A stretch of 64,000 bases of DNA, taken from Malacoraja senta (taxonomy: Eukaryota). The DNA is taken from positions 62,001 to 126,000 of the forward strand of contig JAXLNO010002254.1 in the NCBI GenBank assembly GCA_038087875.1. Direction: 5' to 3'. The notes under the pieces are model-generated. The model worked only from the letters and a program-made list of their open reading frames with translations. It searched no databases and had not been told where the DNA came from. A program made the translations under genes and the position numbers. Below, in pieces: positions 24,213 to 37,550 of this stretch; positions within the stretch are counted from its first letter, which is position 1, and each line of letters begins with the position of its first letter.

Positions 24213-25588
24213 GTTTGTTTTTAAAATATTTTTATTAGAAGCATGTGCATATCATAATACAAACATTTCTTATATATCAATCCTACTTAGCTAATAGGTG
24301 GGAGTCCAGCTATCAAAATAATAGTGGTCCTCCTTTATCAATTGTATATTAAATCTGCTTCTATTTAGTTTTTTTTTATAGATAGAAAGTGAGAAATTAA
24401 AAAAAAAAGGCATGAAAAAGAAGAATGGAATAATTTACCAATAATACAACTTTGGAGATAGGTCCGTAGGTTATAAAGCATAACTATTCATCTAATCCTG
24501 AGCTTGGATTTCAGTCAGATTCCTATGCTGAACCAATTTACCCTTTCAAAAAATCAATAAATGGAGACCATATTCTATTAAATAATTCATGTTTTTCAAT
24601 TAAGACAAGTCTAGTTCTTTCCAAATGTAAGGTCTCCGACATTTCCATAATCCACATTTTAATTGTGGGGGTTATAGGACCTTTCCAAAATTTTAATATT
24701 AATTTTTTCCCAATTATTATACTATAATCAAGAAAGTTTCTTTGGTTTATTGTAAGTCTTAGGCTTTGTTCTGATATTCCTAATATTATTATGAGTCGGG
24801 ATCCAATTGGGTATTGACTAATTCAGAAATTATTCTGAAAATGTCCGTCCAGAAATTTTTGATTTTTATACAATTTACAAAGGTATGAGTTAAGTTAGCC
24901 TCTAAATGCTGGCATTTATCACAAATAGGAGAGATATGTGGGAAGATTCTATTTAATTTTGTTTTAGAATAATGTCATCTATGTAATACTTTAAATTGTA
25001 TTAAGGCATGTCTGGCATTTAATGAGCATTGATGTATATATTGTAGACTTTCGTCCCAAATATCTTTCGTTATGGGTTGGCCTAATTCATTTTCCCATGT
25101 GTGTCTATATAAATCCGTCGGCGGGACCTCACTATCTAAGAGGGTATTATAAATATGAGATATTAATTTTTCTGTATTAGGATGTTTATTCAAACATTCA
25201 TCAAGGATTTCTGGTTCCCTAGTTCTGTAATCTTGTGTATTTGATTTAATGTAATCTCTAAGCTGTAAATATCTAAAAAAGTTATTTGAGTGTGGTCCGT
25301 AAATCTGTTGTAACCCCTGAAATTACAGAAAAGTGCCTTTCCTATAAAGATGTCCCATCTTTTTAATTCCATAATTTTTCCATTGTGTAAAGCCTTTATC
25401 CAACATGGAAGGTTTGAATAAAGGGTTGTTTATAATGGGGAGACAGTGACAATTATCCAATTTTAAAGTCTTTTTTAATTGTTTCCAAATTCGTATACCA
25501 CTATATATTATAGGATTTTCACTATAGGTGTTTTAATGCAATTTTGTGGGAGCAAACATAATCGAACCAATTTCAAAAGGCAAACAGT
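24213..25588 (-). mobile_element. 5'-truncated L1 of a more divergent subfamily, inserted in a - strand CR1 3' fragment (about 23860-24212 and 25589-25840)
   Basis: ORFs 24975 and 25190 are homologous to the ORF2 C-terminus (CSLNARHALIQFKVLHR); TSD ctttcactattt at 24201-24212 and 25589-25600. Confidence 0.85.
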
Positions 25589-27159
25589 CTTTCACTATTT
25601 TGTATGATTCAATGAGGTCCCCCCTTATTCTTCTAAACCCCAGCAAGTACAGGCCCACTGCCATCAAATGGTCATCATATGTTAACCCATTCAATCCTGG
25701 GATCATTCTTGTACACCTCCTCTGGACCCTCTCCAGAGCCAGCACATCCTTCCTCAGATATGGTGCCCAAAATTGCTCACAATGCTCCAAATGTGGCCTG
25801 ACCGGCGCCTTATAGAACCTCAGCATTACATCCCTGTTTGACAGGGAGAAAGTGTAATTGATGTCTTTCATATTAGTTAACCATGGATTTTCTTGACCAC
25901 AGTTGACAGCCCCTAATGGGATTGCATGTCTATCACACGTCTCTATAGAGCACAGCGTTAAGCTTCGAAGGGCAAAATTTACACGAGATGTGCAGGTCAA
26001 GTGTTTTTTTGCACAGAGAGAGCTTGATACCTAGAATGCGCTACCAGGAGTGGTGGTAGAGGAGGACATGATAATGGTGCTTAAGAAAGTTTTGGACAGG
26101 CTCGTGGGTATGCAGGGAATACAAGGATATGGAACACATGCAGGCAGTGGAGATGAGTTTTGGTTTAGTTTAGAGATAGAGTATGGAAACAGGATCTTTG
26201 GGCCACTGAGTCTGCACTGACCAGCAATTGCCCATTCACTATTTTTGTCCTACAAGCTAGGGACAATTTACAGAAGCCAATTAACCTACAAACCTGCACG
26301 TCTTTTGTATTTGGGAGGAAACCGGAGCCCCCAGAGAAAACCCACAAGGTGACAGAGAGAACGTACAAACTCCGTCCAGACAGCACTCTAGTCAGGATCG
26401 AACCCGGGTCTCTAATGCTGTAAGACAGCCACTCTATCACTGCGCCACTGTTTTGCCTTAGTTTAACTTGGTATCCTGTTCGACATGGACATTGCAGGCT
26501 GAAAGTCCTGTTCTTGTACTGTTCTATGTTCTATATATTCTCATTGGACATGGCAGAGTTTTCCACTCCTCCAGCCTCCATGTTGAATACTTACTCCCAG
26601 TTTAAATCTGATTCAATTAGTCAATCCATTTCTCCCTCCCCTCCTGCCCTGATCCCCATTCTATATTTTGAAATAGTCATTCCCTTTTTCACTCCCTGGT
26701 CTGTCTACTATCCCCACAACTTTCCTCTACTTTCCTGTCTTGGTGCATGCAACATCTATCCATTTACCTCTTCCCTTCCCACTGTCCATAGACCCAGGTA
26801 GTTCTTCAAAGTGAAACAGCGTGAAACACTTGCACTTCCAGTCAAATCTACTGCATATGGTTTTCATGACGTAATCTTCCACATTGCATCAATGAAACAA
26901 ATTGAATGGCTGCTTTCTGGAGAACCTGCATTCAATCCATGGGACTTTCTAAGATTCCTAATTCCTGCCACTTTAATTCTCCATTCAACACCCACCATGA
27001 TCCATCCATCTGTACCTCTTACACTAGGATAACAAGGGTGACAGTAACCTTGAGGACCAACAACTCAGCTTCTGTCAGGACATGTTGCAGCCTTTCACAC
27101 TCCATTCCACATTCAACGAGTTGTATTCCCTGTCAATAAAAGAACTGGTCATTTCATAA

Positions 27160-27640
27160 GTTCATGTTCATTTATTGTCACATACACCAATTGGTGTAGT
27201 AAAATTCACTGGCCAGGTCAGTCATACAATTTTAAAAAGCAACAGACTCAAAAACACATTTTGACATAAACATCCATCATAGTGACTCCTACACATTCCT
27301 CACTGTGATGGAAGGCGAAAATAAAGTTCCAAGTCCTTCCCTTGTTGTTCTTCCTTGGTCGGGGGCCTCGAGCCCCCCGTTGAATGGACGGTCTTGAGTC
27401 CCGTAGCCGGCGGCGTTCGGGCCCTCCGCGTCGAGGTGATCAGCTCCCGCATCGGGGGATTGTCAGCTCCCCTGCGCCGGGCGATCGAACCTCGCGTCGG
27501 GGCTGGACGAACCTTCTGTGGCATTGGAGCTCCCGACTAGCCTCTCCCGAGACTGGGAGCCCTTGATGGTAAGTCCGCAGGCAAGGGATCTGCTCCGATT
27601 GTAAGTCCACACCCCGTGGTGGGGCTCACGACAGTCCTTT
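27160..27640 (-). mobile_element. Unclassified non-autonomous retroelement, copy 3
   Basis: Same tail and gatggtaagtcc blocks as 17880 and 20945. Confidence 0.6.
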
Positions 27641-28569
27641 TCAACTGTTAAGTTGAAGTCAGAAAGAACAGATGCAAGAAGTATGAAGAAGGACACCAAG
27701 CTGAAACATTACGTAACCATGTCTTCCAGATGCTGCCTGAGCCACTGAGTTACACCTGCACGTTTTTGTGTTTTTTAATTACAGTTAAGTTATCCAGCTG
27801 CAAAATCAGGACAGCCTGACCTACTTGAGTAGTGCAGTATGTGCTGCATTTTATATAACTCTGTTTAGTTTCATGCATGCAGAGATCCAGTGAAATGGTT
27901 TGGATGGAACAGCAGATGCTGGACACCCCGTCCCTTCTCTCCAGAGATGCTGCCTGTCCCGCTGAGTTACTCCATCTTTTTGTGTCTATCTGCAGTGAAA
28001 TGGTTGTTCTGCATTCTCCCCAGTCAAGTCATACTGTACATAAGTACAATTCGTCCTCTTCTGGAACAGCACGCAGTGATCCACCACATTCCAGGACTAT
28101 CTTGCAGCTTCCAAGTCTCTGAGAAGTCTGATTTTGCCCTAAGGAAATACCCAATTTCACATTTTCTCATGTTAAAGCCCAGTGCCATAACAGCACTGGA
28201 TTGATGAAGTAGAGGCACGTGCCTCAGTTTAAGTTTTTCTGTTTCAAGATTGTGATCAAACCCTCGTCACTGGAACTGTGTCGCAGTGCCACCCATTACG
28301 TATCAGTCCCAATTATCTTTCAACATGCTGGAATCACTTGTTTTTTAATCCTTTTTAGACTTTTTTTCATGAATTGTTCTGCATAAACAGTTATGCTACA
28401 ACAAAGTTAAGCGCAGCTACCACTTAGTTCCAGAGACGTAACAACACAAGAGATAGTGTTGGAAGAATGATCAAACTCACACATAGTGGTTAGAATCCAT
28501 AGTCTTTTATTAGTAACTCTGCAGAGGAAACACAAGGTGCTTTCTTCTCAGCTTGCTTACTACCAGTCT

Positions 28570-28574
<5 letters not shown>

Positions 28575-28610
<36 letters not shown>
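28575..28610. repeat. (AG)n microsatellite
   Basis: Perfect AG run of about 18 units. Confidence 0.97.
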
Positions 28611-28613
<3 letters not shown>

Positions 28614-30299
28614 TCTAATAAGCCTGTGGGCGGAGCCACAGTATGAGTGACACTAATCTACAGATAGGCACAGGGATAAGTTTCGGTTTATTATTGTCAC
28701 GTTTAGTTTCGAGGTACAGCATGAAAATAGGCCTTTTGGCCCACTGAACCTGTGCTGACTAACGACCACCCAAACATTAGTTCTATCCTACACACTAGGG
28801 ACAATTTACAGAAGCCCAAAAACTTACAAACCTGCACGTCTTTGAATGTGACGGAACTGTAGCACCCGGAGATAACTCACATGGTCACAGGGAGAATATA
28901 TGAACTCTATATAGACAGCACCCATTGTCAGGATTGAACTTTGGTCTGTGGTACTGTAAGGCAGCAACTTTCCCTCTGCGCCACTGTGCTGCCCATGTAC
29001 TGAGGTAGTGTGTAAAGCTTTGTTTTGCATGCTATCCAATTGGATGAGGTAACAAAATACATATATATGATCATCAAACTCAAGAACTGTAGGTAGAGCA
29101 AAGGGGAAGGTACAGAGTGTGGCATGTAGTTCTCAGCAATGTAGCACACCAGTTCCATTAGATAAGTGTTTCGACACGAAACGTAACACATTCCTTCTCT
29201 CCAGAGATGCTGCCTGACCCGTTGAGTTACTCTAGCATTTTGTGTCTATCTGCGGTTTAAACCAGCATCTACAGTTCCTTCCTGCATAGTTCTATAAACA
29301 AAGTCCACTGTCTGTAATGGGGTAGTGGTCAATTGGACAGTACCGTAGCTTATGGAACGATCATTCAGAAGCCTGATTTTCTCCTCGGTTATCAAGTTTC
29401 CGAGTAAGCCATTTGGTCCTCTAACCTGCCCACCATTCAATATGACCATGGCTGACGTTCCTCAGGCATCAACTCCTGTTCGATGTCAGTTCCTCATTGC
29501 ACTCAGTTCTCCAATTTAAGTTTAAATTAAGTTTAACTACCGCCACATTAAATGCTTCCAATGATTTTGTCTTCACAAATCTCTGGCGCCAGAGAATGAC
29601 CACACTCTGCAAAAAGAGATTTTGTAAACAAATGACTGGTCTCTTTTATCTCTTATTGAAGAGGAGTGAAAATACTGCCAATTTTAAGCTTGTCCCCTCC
29701 CCAATTGACCCTCATTTCGTAACTTGTCAATTATTTATTATTGTCAATAATATGCCCTAGTGAAAAGATTTGCCGTTGGTATTAGTTTATTATTGTCACA
29801 TGAACTGTGATATAGTCAAAAGTTTGTCTGTGTGTTATCCAATCAGATCATACTACACATGTGCAATCAAGCCATCCACAAGTAGAACAGTGCAAAGAGA
29901 AAAATTCTCAGAGTGCAGAATATCGGGTTACAATATCATAGCATTACAGTTACAGAGAAAGTGCAGATCAAAAAGAGTTGCAAGGATCACAATGAGATTG
30001 GTTGGAAGATCAGGGCAACATCTTATCTTACATGAGAACCATTCAGTAGTCCAATAACAGTGGGGAAGAAGCTGTTCCTGAATTTAATGGTACGTACTTT
30101 CAAACTTTCTTGTGTACTGTCTTAACAGGGAGCGTGCGATCCCTTTTAAACCACGTGGTTGGTTGATGGTGACGAAAGAGGCAAAATGGGGCAGATGTGG
30201 ACAGTAACTTGGTTGTTGTAGTGGACTGAAGAATATTTTGTGGTGGGTGACTGTGCAAGTTTTACTGAAGATGAAAATAACCATCTTACTGTCTTGTAG

Positions 30300-30566
30300 T
30301 TTCCCCTGAGGTCACTCTCGCTGCCCGCCCTGATGATCATTCAGTCCTGTACTGCACTGTGTTTGGATTTTACCCACCGGCCATCAATGTCAGCTGGTTG
30401 CAGAATGGTCAACATGTCTCTGAGACAAAATCTTCTGGGGTCACACCCAACAACGATGGAACATATCATCTAAGGTCTGTCCTTGAGTATGATCCGTATG
30501 ATGGGAAACAGTATTCCTGTCATGTCGATCACAGCAGCCTGCCCGGTGGGAAGACCATCATCTGGG
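30300..30566 (+). CDS. MHC class I alpha3 (IgC1) exon
   Basis: Acceptor ttgtAG at 30298-30299 and donor GTaaga at 30567; 267 nt. Reads (V)SPEVTL..LYCTVFGFYPPAINVSWLQNG..PNNDGTYHLRSVL..YSCHVDHSSL..IIW. Confidence 0.96.
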
Positions 30567-30879
30567 GTAAGAACGTTAAATATTCTTTCATAGATAATCA
30601 TTATCTTCTGTTGTTTCCATTTTAATCATCATGAATACATCCCATATTCCAAGATGCTTAAACTTTCTTTGTTTAGTGGTGTTGCTCTAAGTAATCACGT
30701 AATCAGCACCCACTCTCCACATGAGCAGAAGACTTTGTCAACAGAACATTTATTAAAAGTAAATAAATAACTAATATATAAGGAAGGAGTATTTGAGATT
30801 CTCAGTGGTGGAACTGAAATCTATGAAAGGTATGTTTAAATAAAAAATGAATCTTTCCTCATGATGTGATTAACAGCAA

Positions 30880-31570
30880 GGCACTGGGGGAGTACATGCC
30901 CCAATCCAAATCAATGGTCCGAAGTGGAAATGATTGAGAGCTTCATGTTCCTTGGCATGAATTTATCCAATATTCGGTCATGGACTGGCCACATAGCCAA
31001 GGAGGCACACCGACACCTCTACTTCCTCAGGAGACTGAGAATATTCATCATGTCTCTGGTGACTCTAGCAAACATCTATAGATGCTGCTAGAGAAAGCAT
31101 GTTGTTGGGTTGCATCACATCTTGATTTGGGAACTGCACTGCCCAAGACTGCAAGAATATACAAAGAGTTAAAGATCATCACACAGACCAGACTTCCCAC
31201 TATTGATTCAGTCTACACCAGGTTGCCTTCGAAAATGAGACTTATCCCACCCCGGTCATTCCTCCTTCCTGCTCCCATCAGGCAATAGGTACAGAAAGTT
31301 GAAAGTATACACTGCCAGACTCAGGAACACCCCCTTTCCATCTGTTAACAGGCTTCGGAAGGGTCCTTCCATAATGTAGGTTCAATGCCTGATTCACCTC
31401 AACCTCATTGCACATTGTCTATGGAACTGATGCGTTACAATGCTGAGAACTATATTCTGTACTCTGTATCCTCCTCTTTGCTCTATCTATTGTTTTTGAG
31501 TTTGTATTTATGTATAGTTTTATAATTTGGGTAGCATACAAAACAAACCTTTGCTCTGTATTTTGAAACA
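30880..31570 (+). mobile_element. Degenerate Rex1/Babar 3' fragment
   Basis: VEMIESFMFLG..HRHLYFLRRL..IYRC..LLPSG-like motifs in broken frames, similar to the element at 1060-1860. Confidence 0.7.
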
Positions 31571-32064
31571 TCTGGCATTAATAAAACAAAACCTAATGAA
31601 GTAAGTTCCCTGACGCAAGTTACAGATTCAGCAACAAAAAATATAACTGCCTGACAAACAGCGATCGTAGTAGTTTGATTCCAAGTATGCTGCACGAACC
31701 TACACAAATGTTCACTTTTGAAGATTCCCTCGAACAATGCACAAATAAGGAATCTGATGTTTCACTCTGAAGGCTGTTGACATACTCCAGAACTTAATTT
31801 TCCACCTATCTATGTATCATCAGCAATCTAGGCTACAGCGCCATCAGTCCCTTCATCTGCTCTTAATACCAACGATAAGTAGTTCACTTTCTTGCATTGA
31901 TTCCCAACCTGCAGTTGCAGTTTCCCAACCTGAACACTCCTTTAAGACAACTCTCTGCTTGCTCTTAATTGTTTTTCCATTCATGCTAATTATTACCCCC
32001 AATGTCATAAGCCATGTGCCTTTGCATCACTTGATCAGATATCTTATGAAAATCCAGATATTCT

Positions 32065-32082
32065 GGCGACATCTGGTGGTCA
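32065..32082 (-). promoter_or_regulatory. Candidate CTCF site in the MHC alpha3-TM intron
   Basis: The - strand reads TGACCACCAGATGTCGCC, close to the CCASYAGRKGGCR consensus. Motif match only. Confidence 0.45.
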
Positions 32083-33250
32083 GGCCACTTATTGCTAGAA
32101 CCCTCGTCAGGGGAGCTGGGACTATCACGTGAGTGACAGGGTTTTGGTGGGAGTTGGTGATGAGTTAATCGCCAGTCAACTGGTGTGCCCGATTACAACG
32201 GCAGGAACTTTGCTCAAGTCCTTACTAAACGCGAGTGGGCCAAAACTGTATTTCTTTAAAAACATTGATTTGTTCATGACGTTTGGATCTCTACAATATA
32301 TTGTATTTCTTTTGTTTCTCATTTGAATTTTGTTACCTATTCTGCTTTTCCATCATTTTGTTTATGAATTTTAGGCTTTTCACACCTGCTGCTCGAATAT
32401 ACATTGTCTACGGGTTCCTGTTGCATTTTCAAAGAATTCTAATCAATTTCTCAAACAAAGTTTGAAGAAGGGTCCCAAAATGAAACGTCACCTGTCCATG
32501 AGTAAGAAGAAACTGCAAATGCTGGTTTACACCGAAGATGGACACAAATTGCTTGAATAACTCAGCTGGTCAGCCAGCATCTCTGGAGAAAAGGAATAGG
32601 TGATGAATCCATGTTCGCCAGAGATGCTGCCTGTTCCCTTGAGTTACTCCAGCATTTTGTGTCTATCATGTATATTCTTTCCACTGACTGGTTAGCACGT
32701 AACAAAAGCTTTTCACTGTACCTCAATACATGTGACAATAAACTAAACTAAAGCTTTTGTGTAAATCAGTATCTGCATCTCTTTCTTTCTACAATTTTCC
32801 TGTTAATGCCCTGATAATGCACTTTATTGTTTTGTTATTACTTAAATGTTCTGCCATTATTGAAAGGAATCCAGCATTTTCCCCAAAACAAATGTTAGTT
32901 TATATAGGGTTAAAGCTTTCTGCTTTCAATTCACCTTCTTTCTTGAATTAAGTTGTGGCTGTGATGGTGCCATAGATCATAGAGTTGTACAGAACAGATA
33001 TTGTCCCTTTGCCATGCTGCAGAACTCCGTGATTCAAAACACCATATCATCTTATATACCTTGAAAAGCCCCAAATATAGACACAAAATGCTGGAGTAAC
33101 TCAGCGGTCAGGTAACATCTCTGGAGAAAAGGAATAGGTGGCATTTCGGGTCGAGACCCTTCTTCACCCTGAAGTCTTCAGACAGTGCCCATCTATTTAG
33201 CTGCACAGCTTAACAATTGATTTGTAAAATTATGCATTCTTATTTTTCAG

Positions 33251-33358
33251 AAGGAAATAGGAAGAAAGACAGGCACATAGGCCTTATTGCCGTGTGTGTG
33301 CTGATATTTCTGGCTATTGTCTTGGCAGTAATTGTTTGGTGGAGAAAAAAGAGGAGAG
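33251..33358 (+). CDS. MHC class I connecting peptide / transmembrane exon
   Basis: Acceptor tttttcAG at 33249-33250 and donor GTaaga at 33359; 108 nt, phase 1/1. Reads (E)GNRKKDRHIGLIAVCVLIFLAIVLAVIVWWRKKRR(G): a hydrophobic span followed by a basic stop-transfer. Confidence 0.88.
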
Positions 33359-35918
33359 GTAAGATGGAAAAATTGTGATGCACTGTTGCTAGTAAAGGTA
33401 TTGGGCTTGAAGAAATGATCGATCTCAAGTAGGATAAGGCAGCAGCTACACCTGAAATGCCTCGACAGTCACCACTGTCAACTAGCCTTTGTGCTGTTGT
33501 TAAATGTTTCTGATAATCAGATATTTTAAAATTGTGAATTCAGTGTAAAAAAATGTTATACATTATGGATTCACTGCCCCAAATCCTAGAAATATCAATG
33601 AGTCATTAAAAAGTACAGCATGCAAGCAGTCCTTTTGGCCCACCGTGTCCATGCCAACCACCAACCACCTGTTCTCATGAATTCTATCTCATTGCACCTT
33701 CTCATCCAGTCACCCACCCACTAGGGGCAATTTACAGTGGCCAATTAAACTATAAACCGACACATCTTAGGATGTGTGAGGAAACCGGAGCTCCTGGAGG
33801 GATCCAATGCGGTTACACGGAGAACATGCAAACTCCACATAGATGGCACTCAAGGTCAAAATTGAACCCGGGTCTGTGTCGCTGTGAGGCAGCAGCTCTA
33901 CGAGTTGTGACACTGTGCTGCTCTGTTGGGGGCTCCCACTGCTCATGATCCAAGTCAGCTATGAGGCAGATTGGTTGCAGTTTAACGTTTACTAGTTTTG
34001 TTTAGTTAAATTTAGAGATACAGTAACGAAACAGGCCCTTCGGCCCATCGAGTCTGCGCTGACCAGTGATCCCCGCACATTAACACTATCCTATACACAC
34101 ACACCAAGCCAATTAACCTACATACCTGTACGTCTTTGGAGTGTGGGAGGAAACCTTAGATCTTGGAGAAAACACACGCGGTCATGGGGAGAACGTACAA
34201 ACTTTGTACAGACAGCATCAGTAGTCGGGATCGAACCCGGGTCTCCGGTGCTGCAAGCACTGTAAGGCAGCAACTCTACCGCTGCACACAGTAGCTGCCA
34301 CCAAGGCCGCTGTTGCTGGAAAACTCAAATTTAAGTGGGAATGTGAGTAGTGGGAGAAATGGTTCAAGGTGGAAAGCCGAATGAATGAGCAACAACATGA
34401 CAGGTGGACTACAATGTGAAACAGGACAGCACAGAGCCAGAGACCTGAATTAAATACCGACATCGGCTGATGTATCTGTAGAGTTTGCGTGTTGTTCCTG
34501 TGACCATGTGGGTTTCCCCAGGTGCTCTGGTTTCCTCCCACATCCCCAAAACATTGTTTGGTAGGTTAGTTGTCCCCTAGATTGTGCATGATACAATGTG
34601 GGGAGAGCTGTTGAGAATGTGGGACAAATGTAGGATTAGTGTACATGAATGGTTGGTGCAGGTCAGTGGGACAAAGGCCATGTTTGTATGCTGCATATTT
34701 CCATGACTCTTTATGATGTAGAAAGATGCTGACTATTTTTGATATATAAGATTGGGAAAGACTGTGAGGGACAGTGCTATAGTAACTCAGCAGGTCAGGC
34801 AACATCCCTGGAGACCATGGATAGGTGACAATCTGGTTCGAGACTCTTCAGGCAAATTACAATGGGTATTCCTCCGCTTAAGTCTGATAGTAGTGTACAG
34901 ATGCACCTCAACCACTGACTTGCTCAACAAGTGCTTAAATTAGTTGAATTAAAGTATGTTTGGAGTAACATGCAGCAGTCCTTAAAATCTACCATTTCCC
35001 AAATCCCAAGAGAGCTGGATGATCAGGGTTTTAGTGTAAATTCAGTCATCTATATCACTGATTTCTTGCCTGTGATCACACTGTTGTAAGATATATTCTG
35101 GTGATGAATTGCAGTTCACTTTCCTCCTGTGTAAAGGAGTTATTGTGTTGAATATAACAAGTGGAAGGGAAAGTCAGTGTAGGATTTAGAGTTTGTACGT
35201 AATGCAGCATGGTAGTGTAGCTGGTAGAACTGCTGCCTCACAACGCCAGAGACCCAGGTTCAATCTGGACCTCGGGTACTGTCTACGTGGAGTTTGCACA
35301 TTCTCTTGTGACTATGTGGGCTTCCTCAGGGAGCTCCGGTTTCCTCCCATATCCCAAAGATGAGCAGGTGTGCAGGTAATCATCCTCGGTAAGTCACCCT
35401 GATAGTGTAGGGGTGGATGGGAAATCTATTATGAATGGGTGATTGCTGGTTAGTATGGATTTGGTGGCACAAATGGCCTGTTTACACACCGTATCACTGT
35501 TTTCAAGAGAGAGTTAGATTTAGCTCTTAGGGCTAAGGGATTCAAGGGATATGGGGAAACAGCCAGATCGGAGTATTAATTTTGGATGATCAGCCATGAT
35601 TGTATTGAATTGCGGTGCTGGCTCAAAGGGCTGAATAGCCTATTCCTGCACCTATTTTTTTATGTTTCTATCTTTCTATTAAATAAACTAAATTGGAAGA
35701 CAGAAGGTATTGACTGATGCATCTTCACACCAGCTGTAAATGTCATAAACTGTGAGAATTGATTGCAAATGTTATACAATATTATAAAATAAACTGGGTG
35801 ATCAAAATGACAAGATGGATGAAGAGCAGAGTTTTCATTGAAATAACAGACGTGCTGCTTTCTCGAGCACTTGGCCTTGGTTGTGTAATATTTCCTCTTC
35901 AAAATACAATGTTCCCAG

Positions 35919-35998
35919 GCACTGCTGGTCTGAGACACCAGTCAGCAAGTATATTTCCTGAAACGGAGGTTCTGCTTTCATGGTATCAAGATGTCTAG
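35919..35998 (+). CDS. Candidate MHC class I cytoplasmic-tail exon
   Basis: Acceptor gttcccAG at 35917-35918, in phase with the TM exon; reads (G)TAGLRHQSASIFPETEVLLSWYQDV*. No transcript support. Confidence 0.55.
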
Positions 35999-36473
35999 CT
36001 CCAGCACCCAAATCAGAACCTTGCCAAAACTACGAATGCAGCAACAATTTAGTCATTGAACATCAACGACATGCATATTTGAACTGAGGCAATGGTTAGC
36101 TTATTATCACTGTAAACCAGTCGTGGTCATGGGTCTGCCATTGTGGTCACTATTAGTGAGGGTGATTAACTATCATTTAGCAGTGAAACGGAAAAGAATT
36201 GGCTTTTCAAGCCCACGGAGCCATAGAGTCATACGGCATGGAAATGGGCCCTTTGCCTCAACTTGGCCATGTCAACCAAGATGCCATGTTTAAACTACAA
36301 TTTTCCTGCAATTGACCCATATCTCACTGAACCTTTCCTATCTACCTGTGTTCTAAATGTTTTTTAATACCTGCCTCAACTCCTTCCCCTGGAATGTTCT
36401 TCCATATTTCCACTTCCTCTGGTTCCGAGTAACTCGTTTCCTTCTCACCTTAAACCTAAGTCCTCTGGTTCTT

Positions 36474-37045
36474 TTTATTTTTTATTTTTTATTTTTTTGT
36501 TTATTTTTATTTATTTTATTTTTTTATTTTTTTTATTTTTATTATTTATTAGAAGTATTTTACATTACAGTAATCTGCAATAACGTAAATTTATACAGTT
36601 CTTGTACCACTTCTGTTTTTCAACTTTAATAGAAAGAAAGGATAGAAAGAGCTAGCAAAGACAGTCAGTGAGTGAATGAAAAAGTGGTCCAGGAACACAG
36701 ATGTGTACCTAAACCACATGAAGTAGTTAAAGAAGAGAGGAAAAAAAAGAGAAAAAATAAAATAAGATAGGACAATATGAAAGGGATGCACCTACTTCTT
36801 ATCTTTACTCACCCCTCGCCAGGACTTAAAACCATTTATTATCATCATTTTGTTGCACCTTATGTTTGTAATAAGTCAATATATGGAGACCAAATCTTTT
36901 GGAATTGGTCTTGTTTACCTGCTAGGAGGAATCTCATATCTTCTAGATGTAACAATTCCGACATATTAGAAGTCCACATTTTTATTGTTGGCGTAGGAGC
37001 ATTTTTCCAAAATTTCAGTATTAATTTTGTTGCTGTTATTAATCC
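36474..37045 (-). mobile_element. Short 5'-truncated L1 inserted in an old CR1 fragment
   Basis: Nearly identical to 12492-13030; TSD gtcctctggttctt at 36460-36473 and 37046-37059. Confidence 0.9.
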
Positions 37046-37550
37046 GTCCTCTGGTTCTTGATTACACAAGGCTGGTTAAAAGATTCTGTGCATTCAATCT
37101 ATCTATGCTCCTTGATTTTATAAACCTCTATAAGATCACCCCTCAGCCTCTTGCGTGCCAAGGATTAAAGTCCAAGCATTCTCATCCTCTCCCTGAATCA
37201 CAGGCCCTGTTAATGACATCCTTCCGATAGTGGAGTGACCAAAACTTAACACAATACTCTAAATGTGGCCTCACCAACATATTGTACAACTGTAGCAGAA
37301 CATCCCAACTTTTTTATTCAGTACCTTTCTTTTAAAATCTTTTTATTGTTTTTTTTCCAAAAAACAAAAACAAAAACAAAAATAAAACATTAAAAAAACA
37401 GAGCAAAAAGAATAATGATAAACATAACAATGGTATTGATACATAGGGATCATGATTAAACACATTAATAACAGGTATAACCTAATATGAGACCAGTGTC
37501 AAAATACACAATGAATATAGTTAAATCTTTAAAAGGAAACATAAATGTAA

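Larger units (their letters stand above)
6903..35998 (+). pseudogene. Nonclassical MHC class I gene, frameshifted in alpha2 as assembled (pseudogene, null allele or sequencing error)
   Basis: Four phase-1 exons in canonical class I order plus a candidate tail exon; introns 16109, 6753, 2684 and 2560 bp; premature TGA at 23446-23448 in the spliced frame. Confidence 0.75.

Noticed and set aside
25530-25588. Apparent 5' inversion (twin priming) in the L1 fragment
   Set aside because: The reverse complement reads DCLPFEIGSIMFAPTKL, collinear with EDCSSRNIGAILLSPMKL of the full-length ORF2, so there is no inversion.
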